DNA of 64,000 nt from Phyllosticta citribraziliensis (Eukaryota). Made by a program: the position numbers and the translations under genes. This document shows, in pieces, positions 53,254 through 64,000 of this stretch. The first letter of the stretch is position 1; every line of letters starts with the position of its first letter. Below the pieces are notes generated by a model, which worked only from the letters and a program-made list of their open reading frames with translations, searched no databases and had not been told where the DNA came from. The stretch is from positions 2,108,001 through 2,172,000 of the forward strand of contig NW_027117341.1 of assembly GCF_038025025.1 (NCBI RefSeq), given 5' to 3'.

Positions 53254-55527
53254 TCAACCTCTGTTCTCCAGCTCGTGGAGTCGGCGGCGTTTGGGCTGCT
53301 GCTCGTCGATGTCGTCGATCAACGACTTTTTTCCGCCGAACCCAAGCAGGCCTTGGAGGTAGTGTGGGATACCAAGCGGGCCGGGCTTTCCTACTTCGAT
53401 GCACGGCGGAAGATCGGAGTCGAGAGAGTCGTTGCCAAGTTCGATTCCCGGTCCCTCCAGTAGTACATGCGGTCCGCCACGGAAGAGATCGTGGCCCGAG
53501 TTCGTTTTCAATGGCAATGAATGTGGAAGCTCAGGCGGCTCGTGGACGTATTCGATTCCCACATCCGCGACGACGCCCTTAACCAGTCGTCCTCCGGGTT
53601 CTTTGGCCAATTGTTCATGAACGCGTTGAACCCTTCGGCTAGAGGTGTTCGTGAATTCAGCGTCGGACCAACCGTCTTCGGCCTTACGCCTCTCGTGAAG
53701 TGGGTCGCTCGTCGGTCGATCTCTGATGTGTTTGACGAGATTTGGCAGTGAGCTCTATCCCTTCTTGTCCTGTGGACAATAAGGGCAGCGCCAAAGACCC
53801 TCTGGGTTGGCCTTATGGAGCTTGGTTTGACGGCGGTCCCAAATCGCGCGGCGACTGTGGAACTGGGTTTCCTGATGGTCCAATAGCTTAGCTTGCCTGT
53901 CCCACACGTGCTTCTTATACTCTTCACTGACAGTCTCGTCGGCCAGACAAAGGGCGCATCTCTGGTCTCCGTCGGTCCAAACACCTCGCGGTCCCGCCAG
54001 CGAGTTGTTGAGGGCATGTCCATGAAAGTCTTGGCCAAATCCCTGAACGGGACTTTGGGCTGGCCCAGCTCGCCGTCTTCGTCTTGGTCGACGTTGAACC
54101 GAAGTGTAGAGACTCCCGAACGGCAAGCAGCGTCCTCTAAATCTTCGTCTCGACCAAGCACTCCGTCGTCATCGTCGTTGGCGGCGTCGACCGTCTGTTG
54201 ATTTTCGTCGTTTCGGTCGTCGGCTGCGACGACATCGGCAGCGCGTTCAAAGATGGACTTAGGGAAAAGACTGGCCTTGGCTGCGCCGACGCGGTCGAGA
54301 AAATCGGCATGCGTCATGGTGGCCTTTTGCATCTCCCTCTCCTGAGCCTCGAGCTCTTTTCTGGCCTTCTATTGTATCCTCCTACGATACGTCTTGAGCT
54401 CTGCGGGCGTGGCGTCGCAAGGGTAGTCTGGGTCGGCGTTCATGAGCACATTGGTGTACGATGCCACGGCCGCTCCGGGTGTCCCCTGAATTTCATGATT
54501 CTCCAGGGATTCATGGGCTAAAGGAGCCCAACGTCGAACAAGATCGTCAGAATGAGCGCCAGCTTGTATTACCTTCTCCAGCATGACAGCCGGAAAGTGA
54601 TGACTGTCTCGGAGGAGGCCAAGCACGGGGGAGCAAAAGAGATGATGACACCCGGACCTGCGACAGCAACCAAGGAGCATTCCTCATCTGTTGGAGACGA
54701 GGCTTGGAAGCAGTCGTTGACTGTCGCAGTTGCGCCCAAGGAGCATTCGTCCGCCGACACGGATGGGGCCAGATAGTGTTACTTTTTTCCGGGTCTTGGA
54801 CATGCTCTGGCTTGATGGTGATCCACGTCATGGGCTCGTTGCGAGCTTAGGATCCAGAGAAGAAAGTCCCGAGTCGTACGGCTAGGATTCAGCTGAGGCA
54901 CCAGGCAAGCTGGTGTTGTTCTGAATTTTCGATGCAGATGTTTTCGTACATCGCATAACCAGTGAGCTGCCTCAACTCCTCTAGACCGAGGTACGTCTTT
55001 TTGGAGTTGCCGTGGCTCACGCTCGGGTACAGCCGCTGCAATTTGTGCATGTGCTTGGTGAGCTTTAGGTGCATAAGTCGGTACGGCGGTGGTACCCAGG
55101 TGCGCTGGCAAACGACGTGCTTTGTCCAGAAGCACAACGCCTCGCGGTACTGGACCAGGGAACCATACTTGATGTGGTCGCCTGGAACTCCCGAGCGTGG
55201 GACGGCTTTCAGGTGGACAAAGCCAAGGAACTTTCTGAGTCTCTAAAATAGCGTATCCCAGTCCCTTGGGGATGCCGCTTCCATCAGCTCCTCATGAGAG
55301 CTGTGTCGAAAATCCACTCGAAGTAGGGTGCCTCCTAGGAAGTTCAAGTACGTTTCGAGGATTCGGTCCTGGCGCCTCTGGCGCGATTGGGACTGTGTGC
55401 GGAACGCGTCGGCCGGAGCTTCGACAGTTTTAAGCTGGTCCAAGAGATCTAGGAGCTCTTGATCATCGTCTTTATACTTGTCCATTTCAGCTGCCTGTTC
55501 GCGGACCGACTTCTTTTTGGAGGGCAT
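53254..55527 (-). pseudogene. Degenerate tyrosine-recombinase-like gene (Starship-captain/Crypton-like architecture) with a C-terminal Zn-finger-like region
   Basis: One frame from ATG 55527 reads through stops at 55243, 54889 and 54847: KTYLGLEELRQL..EQHQLAWCLS*ILAVRLGT..MTW..DPEK. It resumes at ~54623 (LGLLRDS), has a stop at 54369 and a frameshift near 54010, then CALCLADETV..LLDHQETQFH and CPYC..LVKH, ending at 53254. Recombinase identity is inferred from motif memory only. Confidence 0.55.
54624..54790. mobile_element. Truncated relative of the 29503-29684 MITE
   Basis: Left end CACGGGGGAGCAAAAGA. 33-bp units at 54664, 54697 and 54730 contain AAGGAGCATTC and GGAAGCAGTCGTT(G/C)A(C/T)TGTCGC, as in the first copy. 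The right TIR is absent. Confidence 0.65.
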
Positions 55528-55764
55528 ATTGGCCGATCCAATGCGTACGGGACCAGGGCCGTTCGACGGTGATGAGTCTCCAGGCCGCCCTTGAGAATTG
55601 ATGCGTCTGACAGTAATGGCCCTTGGGGAAAAGGCGGTCGTTTGGCGTTACCGGAGGCCCTCGCTGTCAGAGTATACAGAGACTTCTGGCGCGGCGATGA
55701 GCGTTGTAGTCGGAGACGGGGGTCTTCTGGCTGACAATTTCCCAGCGGTCGGCGTAAACGAGTT

Positions 55765-56300
55765 CAATCGAGGTCTGGAGATCGGTCAGTACATGTGGCA
55801 CCAAGAGTCTGTTGGTCGGGTAATTCTGTACCAACCGGCGTCCGTCGTGGGCTGACCTCGTCCTCTGGTGCCTGGTCCAGCGAAGATGAGTAGGCCTTGG
55901 GGTCCTAGCTGTTGGCGGGCGAGCAAGAGGTGCTCTTGTCGCCACGGGATTGAATTGGTCGAAAATCTGGAGGTCGATCGGAATTGGGTTACACTAGAGT
56001 CCCGTTGGGCGAGTAGAAGCTTACCAAGCGGCGTGATCAAGCTGTTCAGCAGCCGGTACTTGGCGCCTGGGCCGGCGAAGGCGAGCAGTCTTGAGAGTCC
56101 TGGCTCTCGGCGGCTTGCAACGCTTGATCGAGAATCTGGAGGTCGATCAGCACTGGGCTACACCAAAAGCCCTGTGGAGCGAGTAGAAGCGTACAACACG
56201 GCGTGGTCAAGATTTTAAATGGCCAGTCCTTCGGCGCCTGGGCCGTGGAAGATGAGCAGGCTTCAGAGGTCTGGCTGTCGGCGGCTTTGGAGGTGCTTGT
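55765..56300. repeat. Degenerate ~170-190-bp tandem repeat upstream of the recombinase-like gene
   Basis: AATCTGGAGGTCGATC at 55964 and 56133 (variant at ~55774); GG(C/T)GCCTGG..GAAG..GAG at 55865, 56059 and 56229; GCGAGTAGAAGC occurs twice. Confidence 0.7.
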
Positions 56301-57415
56301 AGCGTCCAAAGACCAGAGGTCCGGCGAAGAGACGCGACCGACAGTGGTGGTGCGGAAGCAGTAGAGGTGGTGAGGTGGTGAGAGGTGGAGGAGGAAGAGG
56401 ATGGGGGAGAGTTGGGGCAGAGTTTGGGAAGAGATGGGGCTGCGGTGGGTTGGGGAGTTGCAGGATGAGGAAGTCGCACTCGCACCACCCACGAGACTTC
56501 CCCTTCTGGTGACTGCCCAGCACCCGGCGCGCTGTGACTCTCTCTTAAGCTCTCTTCTCACTCCTCTCTCTCTTCCCAGACGTCTACTTCTCCAACTCTT
56601 CTCAACCTCACCCAAAGCCCAGTCCCAGCTCTTCAGAGTGCACCCTACTCTGCCGCTTGAGCCTCGTCGTCTCCATCACCTCACCTCCAGCCGTCCTCAG
56701 CTTCGTCGGCCGTCTTTCCTGGTCCTTCAGGCCCATCGTTGCCCGCGAGCCTAATTGTCGTCGCCGGTTAAGCTCAACGGCCTCCACTCAAGCCTTCTCG
56801 CCGCCGCCGCAAACGGCTCATCCTTGAAGCCCTTCAGAGCACAAGTCTTCTGGCATCGCGGACGCAGGTGAATCAGCCGCATCTCTCGGTATGTCGCTCA
56901 CCAGGCCGTGCCACTGAAGCATCCGTCGCTGATCAAGTCCAGATTCGTCCTTGAAGGTCGCTGCCCTCAACCAAGCTCCATATCTTTCAAGCTGCAGACA
57001 GCCAGGCCTTAACCTCAAGCACGATCATCGTTACCGGCTCAGGTGAAGCGGCCAAATCTACCAGTCTGTCAACCACAAGATCTTGCCACCAAGGCATCCG
57101 CCGCTGGAAACGACCAGATTCGTCCTTCGAGGTCACCATTCACAAGTACCATCTCTTCCAAGCGTCGGCGCCGTCCCGGCCTCAGCATTCAGCAAACCAA
57201 ACACCAGCCCTCAAAGCCCACCGCAACCCTCTCAAGCCGCCGTCCGCGCCGTCCTGGCCTAAGCAGCCGGCCAACAACACACCCTCACAGCCCGTCGCGC
57301 TCAAGCAACAAGCTCACCCAGGTCGGTCTACTCAAGGACTCGTCGGCGCTAAACGCTCCCTTCTCTGATTCAAAAATTTTGGTCCACGCCCAAAGGACTT
57401 TTCAAGAAAGCAACC

Positions 57416-57736
57416 ATGGCCAATGAGACACCAGAAGAGCGCCAGACGAGCCAGACCATGACAAGCTCGACGATCTTAGGCGGCGCGGCAGCCTCGGCCA
57501 GTCCATCCCGAGACTGGCTCATGTTCAAGGACCCGAGCAAGTTGTCGGCGTCAGATGTCGTCATTCAGAACAGTCTGGGCGTTCTAGCCTTGAAAATGGA
57601 CAAACTTGCCGAGAATCAGGCCAGACTCGGAGACTTGCTCCAACAAATGCTGGAGAAGCAGATTATCAAGGACGACTCGGGCGAGGAAGAAGACGATGAC
57701 AAAGGGGAGGAAAAGGCGGATGTTCGTCGTGCTTAG
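57416..57736 (+). CDS. Small hypothetical protein (106 aa) with coiled-coil-like segment and acidic tail
   Basis: ATG in good context (ACCATGG), protein-like composition, divergent from the recombinase-like gene. No family recognised. Confidence 0.4.
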   Translation: MANETPEERQTSQTMTSSTILGGAAASASPSRDWLMFKDPSKLSASDVVIQNSLGVLALKMDKLAENQARLGDLLQQMLEKQIIKDDSGEEEDDDKGEEKADVRRA

Positions 57737-58917
57737 GTCGGCGTCTGGTTTCTGGTCGGAGACGGGAGGCGGCCGATGCGGTCCTTCAACAGCCGACGTG
57801 GGCGTATGACGGTCCCCCTTGGCTCTCCGATATGGCAGATCAACTCTGCGGTTTACGGTCGAATGGGTCGGTCAATCTTGCTACTTCAGTCTTCATGGTC
57901 AGCCAACATTCAGGTCTCGAAACAGTTAGCCGAATCGGTAGCTAGTACCGTCGGACGGAGAGGAGTGATCCGGCGGCTTGCCCGTAGCGCACAATGCAAT
58001 TGATTCCACTGCGTCTTCTTCATGCATTATTGCGTCTTGCTTGGTCCGTTCAAAGGCAAGGTGCCGCGCGGCGCAGACGGCCTATGTGGATTTGGTCGGT
58101 CGGCGTGCGAGGAAGTTGGAATGTTGCTGTAGGTACGTTACGACCAACCGTCAGTCACCTTTCCATTGCACTACTTGGGTCCGGCCTCAGCGCGCACGTA
58201 CGTACCTTTGTCCGTGACGACCGGCCGTTGCCCAACGGCATCTACGTGCCGAGGGCAGGTCGGCACGCCATGGTGCCCACGGATCGGCTTCTACTTTGGC
58301 CGTTCTCTACAGCATGTCGGTTGGTCCAAGAAGCGTGTGGTACCTGGTTCCTGGTCATAGACGCGAGGGGTTCGGCGCTGAAGCGTCCTGGTCGGTCCTG
58401 TGGCAATGTGGCCCGTCAGTCAGCCAGTCGGTCGGCGTCAACGGCTGGTTAGTCCTGCCTGGCTGGTCTTGGTGCCGACTGGTCCTTTGCGGCTTACCGG
58501 CGGCAGGCGGAGGATACATGAGTAGTATGCGGCGTGTTGACCTACAGTACAGTAAAATACGTATGTGTACAGCGCAATGGAACAGGACGAGGGGGATCCT
58601 ATGACTTTCTCCCCGTTGGGCCAAAAGTTTCATATTAGCAGTCCTGTCTAGAAGTAAGGTAGTGCGGTCAAGCAACGCAAATGCAGCAAGACTAAAGAAG
58701 AGAGCTATTCGGCCAGTCCATATTTTTTTCTTTCAGCTGAGGCCAGCTGCTTCACGGTCAGAAAATCCCCAGGCCGCAATCTCTATGGAAAACTGTCGGG
58801 CCAAAGCAACGCCCCATACTTTTCTACCAGTCCGTCTTCAATGTCAGCCAATTCCAGCCTTCTGTCGCGCTGTGGAGTTTGTCGGTCCTTCGTCGCTATC
58901 GGGTTACGCTTTTGGGA

Positions 58918-59700
58918 GGGGTCCGTCGTGCTGTCAAAACCAAGGGGAGAAGCAAATGTCGGTCGCAGGGAAGGCTTGTGTGAAAATCAATTGAAGACGT
59001 CCGTCGTAGAACTTTTGTGGGGACCAGTCAAAGAAGGAGGTGTCCGTCGTAAACCTTTGGCGCAGCCTTGAACACTGGTCGTGTGCGGTGTTCAGGAATG
59101 GAGGCCGTGTAAAGCTCTGTCGTCGTCCTAGTTCTGCGGCTGTCGGCGTTGTTGCAACCGCTGGCAAGATTCGTCCGTCGTGCTGTCAAGACCAGAGGAC
59201 CAGTTGTTGCAGCAGGTGGCCGTCCAAAGCAACTGCATGTGTCCGCCGTAAAAATGTGGGCGCAAATTCGGGAACTGGCTGCGTGCGGCAATCAGAAACC
59301 GAGGCCGTGTGACGGCTCCTCGTCGTCGTACTCATGGGGCCATCAGCGTTGTCGCAACCGCTGGCAAAAGGGGTCCGTCGTGCTGTCAAGACCAAGGGAA
59401 AAGGCAGATGTCGGTTGTAAAGAAAGGATTTTCGAAAACCATTCGCAAAGGAGACCAATCGTTGGGGCAAGAGGCAGTCCAAAGCAAATGCAGGTGTCTG
59501 CCGTAAACTCTCCAAGCAACCTGGGATAATGCGGTTTCGTGGTTGGCGTGCAACGCCTCCTCGTCGTAAAAGTCGTCATCGTAGTCCAAGGAGTAAGAAA
59601 GTGCAGATGTCGGTCGTAAAATTTTGGCGCGGCCTTGGATGCTGGTTGCGTGCGGCGTTCAGAAATGGAGGCCGTGTGACACACCGTCGTCGTCGTAGCT
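58918..59700. repeat. Degenerate ~200-250-bp tandem repeat
   Basis: GTCCGTCGTGCTGTCAA at ~58921, 59173 and 59373; GAGGCCGTGT three times; GCAACCGCTGGCAA twice; TGTC(C/G)G..GTAAA several times. Confidence 0.75.
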
Positions 59701-59742
59701 GCGCAGCTTTCAGTCCTGTCATAACTGCACTGAGCTGGCGTT

Positions 59743-60334
59743 TCAATTGCTTTGCTTCAATCGTTTCGACGGACGCTCCGAGGCCAGGATCTGGCCTTGC
59801 TTAACAATGACCTTGCTTTCTGGACGGACGTCGGGCGTTTGATCCTCAATCTCCCGGGAGTCGGCGTCATCTTCGAGCCACTCCGGCCAAGTGTCGTTTG
59901 GAAGACGATAGCGGAGCCAACGAGCGAAGATGACATTGTTCCGTGGATGATACTTCGCCTTTAATGAGTCGACGAAGAACAGGATGCAGTCCGGGTCGAA
60001 GGTTCGGAGCCACCAGCGATTATATGCGGTGGTATCTTCATCGTCATCTTTCTCCACAGACTCATCATTGAGCTTTGGGCTTCCAACAGAATTTTCATCA
60101 GCTTTACGCTCAACCTCCTGCTTAAATAGGACGCTATTGTGGATGTTAGGGTGAAGGACATTCGCGTACCACAAGTCGACGACTTGCTGAAGGGTGCAAT
60201 TTCGGAGCATGTAGAAGAGATCAGCGCATTGCTTGTCCGTAATTGTGTCCTTGAATTTGACCGCTACCTCCAGCTTGGCCTCTCCATCCTGGCGCTGCTT
60301 GTAGACAGGCAAGGCTCTTTTATCCGTGGACATG
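59743..60334 (-). CDS. Hypothetical protein (~196 aa from MSTDKRALP)
   Basis: Open frame with protein-like composition, an acidic patch and a basic C-terminus (RPSKRLKQ, NLS-like). No family recognised. Confidence 0.45.
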
Positions 60335-63300
60335 ATGGCAATCTCAGCGACGAGTAGCGTGGAAGTGCAGGCGGTTGGGCTTCCTCGGAGCAGGGTAACG
60401 GCGCAGATGTTTAGAGCAACCAGGTCGTTGGTGCAAGGCGGATAGGAGGCGTCAGTGTTCAGAGTGGTCAATCGACGGCGGAAGTTGTGTTCGAGGCGAG
60501 ATTCTCGCCCAGGGCCAGATCTCGATACAAAACGAACACGAGGTCGATGGAGAGCGAGCCGAAGGGTAGGCTGTTGGGCGCTGTTGGACAAGTTCGGCGT
60601 GAGGCAAAGCGATCCGCCCGGCTGTCGGAGCTCGACGTTGGCGGTGCGGTTGCTGTTGCTGTTGCTTGAGCGGCGACCGGAGACCGGCGAGCGGCCAACA
60701 GAAGAAACGTTGCTCTTGGCTGATCGTACAGCGACCTGGAAGAGCGAGATTCCGGAAGCCAGCTGGTGTGTTGGTCTGTGGGTTGAGAGTTGGAGGTTGA
60801 GGGTTGAGGTGGATGCAGGCGGTGGTTGAGGCTGCGGCCAGGACGCGAGGTGGGTGGTGCCAGATCACAAGGACGCGCTGCGCTCCGACTTGAATTCGAA
60901 AAGACAAAAGGAGAATGGATTTATTGCATTTGCCGATTTATCATTGCTTTGGCCAGCCACGAGCTCAGCCAGGCTAGTCCTTCGACTGCTACGTCGTGCC
61001 TCGCGATGGAGGGAAAAGGCACCTCCTGGTACCTTCAGGCCTCTCGGGTGTTGGACAGAAAAGATCTTGTCGACGGCTTCGGCCATCTGCTCGTGAGAGC
61101 TGGTCGCTTTTCGCATGCTCATGACCTACCTGCGCATCTTGCTAAGTTGGCGACGCCCAGTCGAAACGGTCTACGGTCGGGCCGCGCGCATACTGCTCGC
61201 TTCTCGGGGATTCTTTGGGTCCTTTTCAGCTTCGCTTGCCTTTGCCAGGTTGCACATGTTGCACCAAGCGCTTTGAATGGCAGACCGATGTCTCGTGGAC
61301 ATACGGGGAAGAGCTACGAGGATGTCCTGCCAGTAATCGATTGGCGTGAGGAGCACGGAAAGATCTGGTAGATTGTTGCAATCGTGGCCGTCAGTATTGG
61401 ACTGGGCGAGGGTGATTGGTGACGGAGTATTGTCGAATGTGCCTCGTGGGAGCAGTCGGAGGTAGAAACAACCCCAAGCAGATGTTGTCGCCGCGGGAGT
61501 TTTTGTTCCGGCCTGCCGTTTGCGCGTAACATTCGAAGGCCGATTCTGGGGCGCATCGCTGCTCCTCATCCTCGCCATCGAGATCATCCTTTACGTCCTC
61601 GTTGCTTGAGTCGCCGTATGCGGTACCGTCGGCGCCGTTGCTGCGCCAACTTCGGCGGCGGCGTTTAGATCGAATTCGTAGCGGCTCTCGTGAGTTCGTC
61701 CCCAAAAGAGCTCTTCGTCCTAGAACAATTAGCGCGAACTGTGAAGCTTCTCCCAGGGTGCCCAAATGCGGGGCTCAACACCAACAACCACTCGCCAGCT
61801 CGTTCTGTCCATCTTTGAGAGCTCAATTGGATGCTTCTTGTCCTCCGATCCCTTGGAAGCTTGGAAGCTTCTTGCCTGCCCTTTCCATACCGTATCTGCC
61901 GCACCTTTTGGCCCGAAGCTCTGGGTCGTCGAGGCGGACTCAGCATGCTCTTGGCGCAGGGTGCAATGGAAAGCGGGTCTTCAGATATGCCGTAAATGGA
62001 AGGATCTAGAAGTAGCGGATGGGCAAAGAGACGGGCTGTTTTTTTGTCGAGGGATGGAGTGTTTTGAAGTGGTGCGGTGTGTTTTTCCACTTCTGGCATA
62101 CTCCAGGTGCGACGGCGCAGTGTAGGTTCCGGTCTTTGGAAAAGTGACCATCGTCGAAGATGGGCGACGAAGATGGGCGAAGTAAGATATCTACCTAGCG
62201 AACGAGTCTAATGATTAGTACACGATGAGTCTGTGCTCGAATTGGCGATGATGTACTAGTGGTGGGACTGCGGCGTGAATCTCGCAATAGGTGATCCCAT
62301 GCTCGTGAGCACTCTGGATGAAGGCTTCTGGACGGTCTTTGGCTCTTGGATTCTTGTCGTGACAGTTTCGACGATGGTGTTTGGCTTTGAGTGATGAAAA
62401 CAATTGATGGACGGGATGTCGTGGGGAGGTCTGGTGTGCCCTGCGACCGGGCCGGATGGTGGTGCAGGTGTTGCAGCACCGGCATGACGTCATAGGACAG
62501 GCCGCCGCTGAGGTGTGGCCGGGCACTCGGACCCTCCCGACCTGCCGACCTCAACACCAACGCCTTCTCCATCCTTGGAACCAGCAACACTATCGCCATT
62601 GCAAATTCCGCGTGGAAAGCCTTGCCATCATGGTCTCGCCAGAGAAAGGGGATGCTCGCCGACTCCGCATTCACCTCGTGGCTCCGAGGATCGGACGGCG
62701 TTTGATGGGACCGGGAATTCGACGATCAACACCTTCGCTCAACCCTCGCACGCATATCGCGTGTCTTTCTTGAGTAAACCTGTGCTCGGGATTTGCACAT
62801 GACTGTAATCGCTCGATCTTCACTCGCTAGTCACTGAGTTTCCGTTTTCTAGTGGCCTGAACATCTCCGATTCGATTCGACGCCAGACGAGCCAGGAAGA
62901 ACAGTCGACCCCACTGGACAGGCACGGGCACTTTGAGAATGCTAGCTCCATTTCAGCATTCCATTGTATCAGATGTCGCATACCCAGCGTGGCTCTCTCA
63001 AAATGACGTCGAATTACCGTCTCGCCGGTTCACCAAATACGTCCCCGGAGATCAATTGCACATTGTCTAGTCAGCTCATCGCCGCCCGTTGACCCCCGGA
63101 TTTGCGCGCAAGCGACCGGATTTCTGGGACCCAGCAGCCGTGTGGGAGCCGCAGGAAGCTTTCTCACACAAATTGCTTCCTTCTGGCCTCCCTGATGGTG
63201 ATCGTGAAGGCCAGAAAGATACTCCACGCAGGGTTTGTTGTCCAAGCGGCAAATCTGGAACCGATTACGCCAAGAGTTTGTTTTGATGTGAATCACGACA

Positions 63301-64000
63301 TGTTCGATCTGGGCCCGCCCGAAAGCACTCCCTAAGCGTACCAGCTGCCGTTTTGGCCGACTAAAGAGCATCTGAGACGACCGCCTAAGAATATTGCCGT
63401 TGTTTGCGCCGACCGACTGCCTGCAGACGTTCAAAGGGATACAGGGCCGTTGTGCCTCGGTCGGTTGACTTGCGGAACCCTATTCCACAAGCGGCAAAGC
63501 AACATCTGTCAGATTGTGGGGTCGTGTTTTGCATGCAGACAACAATTTGCCATTTTCACGACGACATTGTCATTTTTCGGTCGAGGCAGCCGTCGAGGCA
63601 GCCACCGAGCAGCACCTCTTCCACGGAACCTTGGTCGAGGTCAGCAACGGCAGTGTTGAAGCAGTGTAAGCTCGCTGAAACAGATGCACTACTCGCGGGC
63701 TAACCATTAGACGTGACCAGAAACGGCCTCTCCAATCCAGGGAGCAGTAGTCGAATCAGTCCCAGCGACGACGTCAACGCTCAGGCCGACATGTGCTGCC
63801 TTGCAACATATGTTAAAAGCATTCCCCACCTTCAATCTCATTCCAGTCAGCGAGCCATTGCCAAGTCCGCCAGGGGCGGTTGTGCTCCTCATCCATTGCT
63901 CCATTCTCCAACCCCGCCATGGCCCTTCCAATTGGTCAGCCAATGACGCAGCAACAGACATTTCAACAGACGGGGACCTTTGTTCAACCGAACTTCATGT

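Noticed and set aside
52700..64000. Duplicated tRNA 3' fragment (att site) marking the far end of the island
   Set aside because: Searched by eye and not found; the boundary may lie outside the window or be decayed.

Overview
Intron-containing genomic DNA of a filamentous ascomycete. The GC-rich codon usage and gene set look Dothideomycete-like (inference); the actin gene could be used as a barcode. From 1 to about 52.7 kb the window is mostly an ordinary gene-dense arm. It carries an HSPA12-like Hsp70, actin, FES1, a PAC3-like chaperone, DHR1 helicase, an AA9 LPMO, CAX4, an RGS/Rax1-like protein, an alpha/beta-hydrolase-NACHT (NLR-like) gene, an MFS pseudogene, a DUF1593 protein, MTQ1, a GH5 glucanase, an F-box-like protein, an allantoate-type MFS and a GIY-YIG-like hypothetical protein. 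An intron-containing tRNA-Arg(CCT) at 52577-52699 marks an abrupt switch to a degenerate accessory region (about 52.7-64 kb). That region begins with a pseudogenised tyrosine-recombinase-like gene reading towards the tRNA. The most notable sequence-level observations are: (1) this tRNA-adjacent recombinase relic; (2) a 182-bp MITE with CACAG(T/C)G termini, a 4-bp TSD and internal 33-bp repeats, with a related copy sitting exactly where the recombinase catalytic core is missing; (3) a dispersed ~65-bp palindromic repeat family that forms a strictly orientation-alternating, BIME-like array in convergent intergenic gaps. All family assignments come from motif recognition by eye; no database searches were run.
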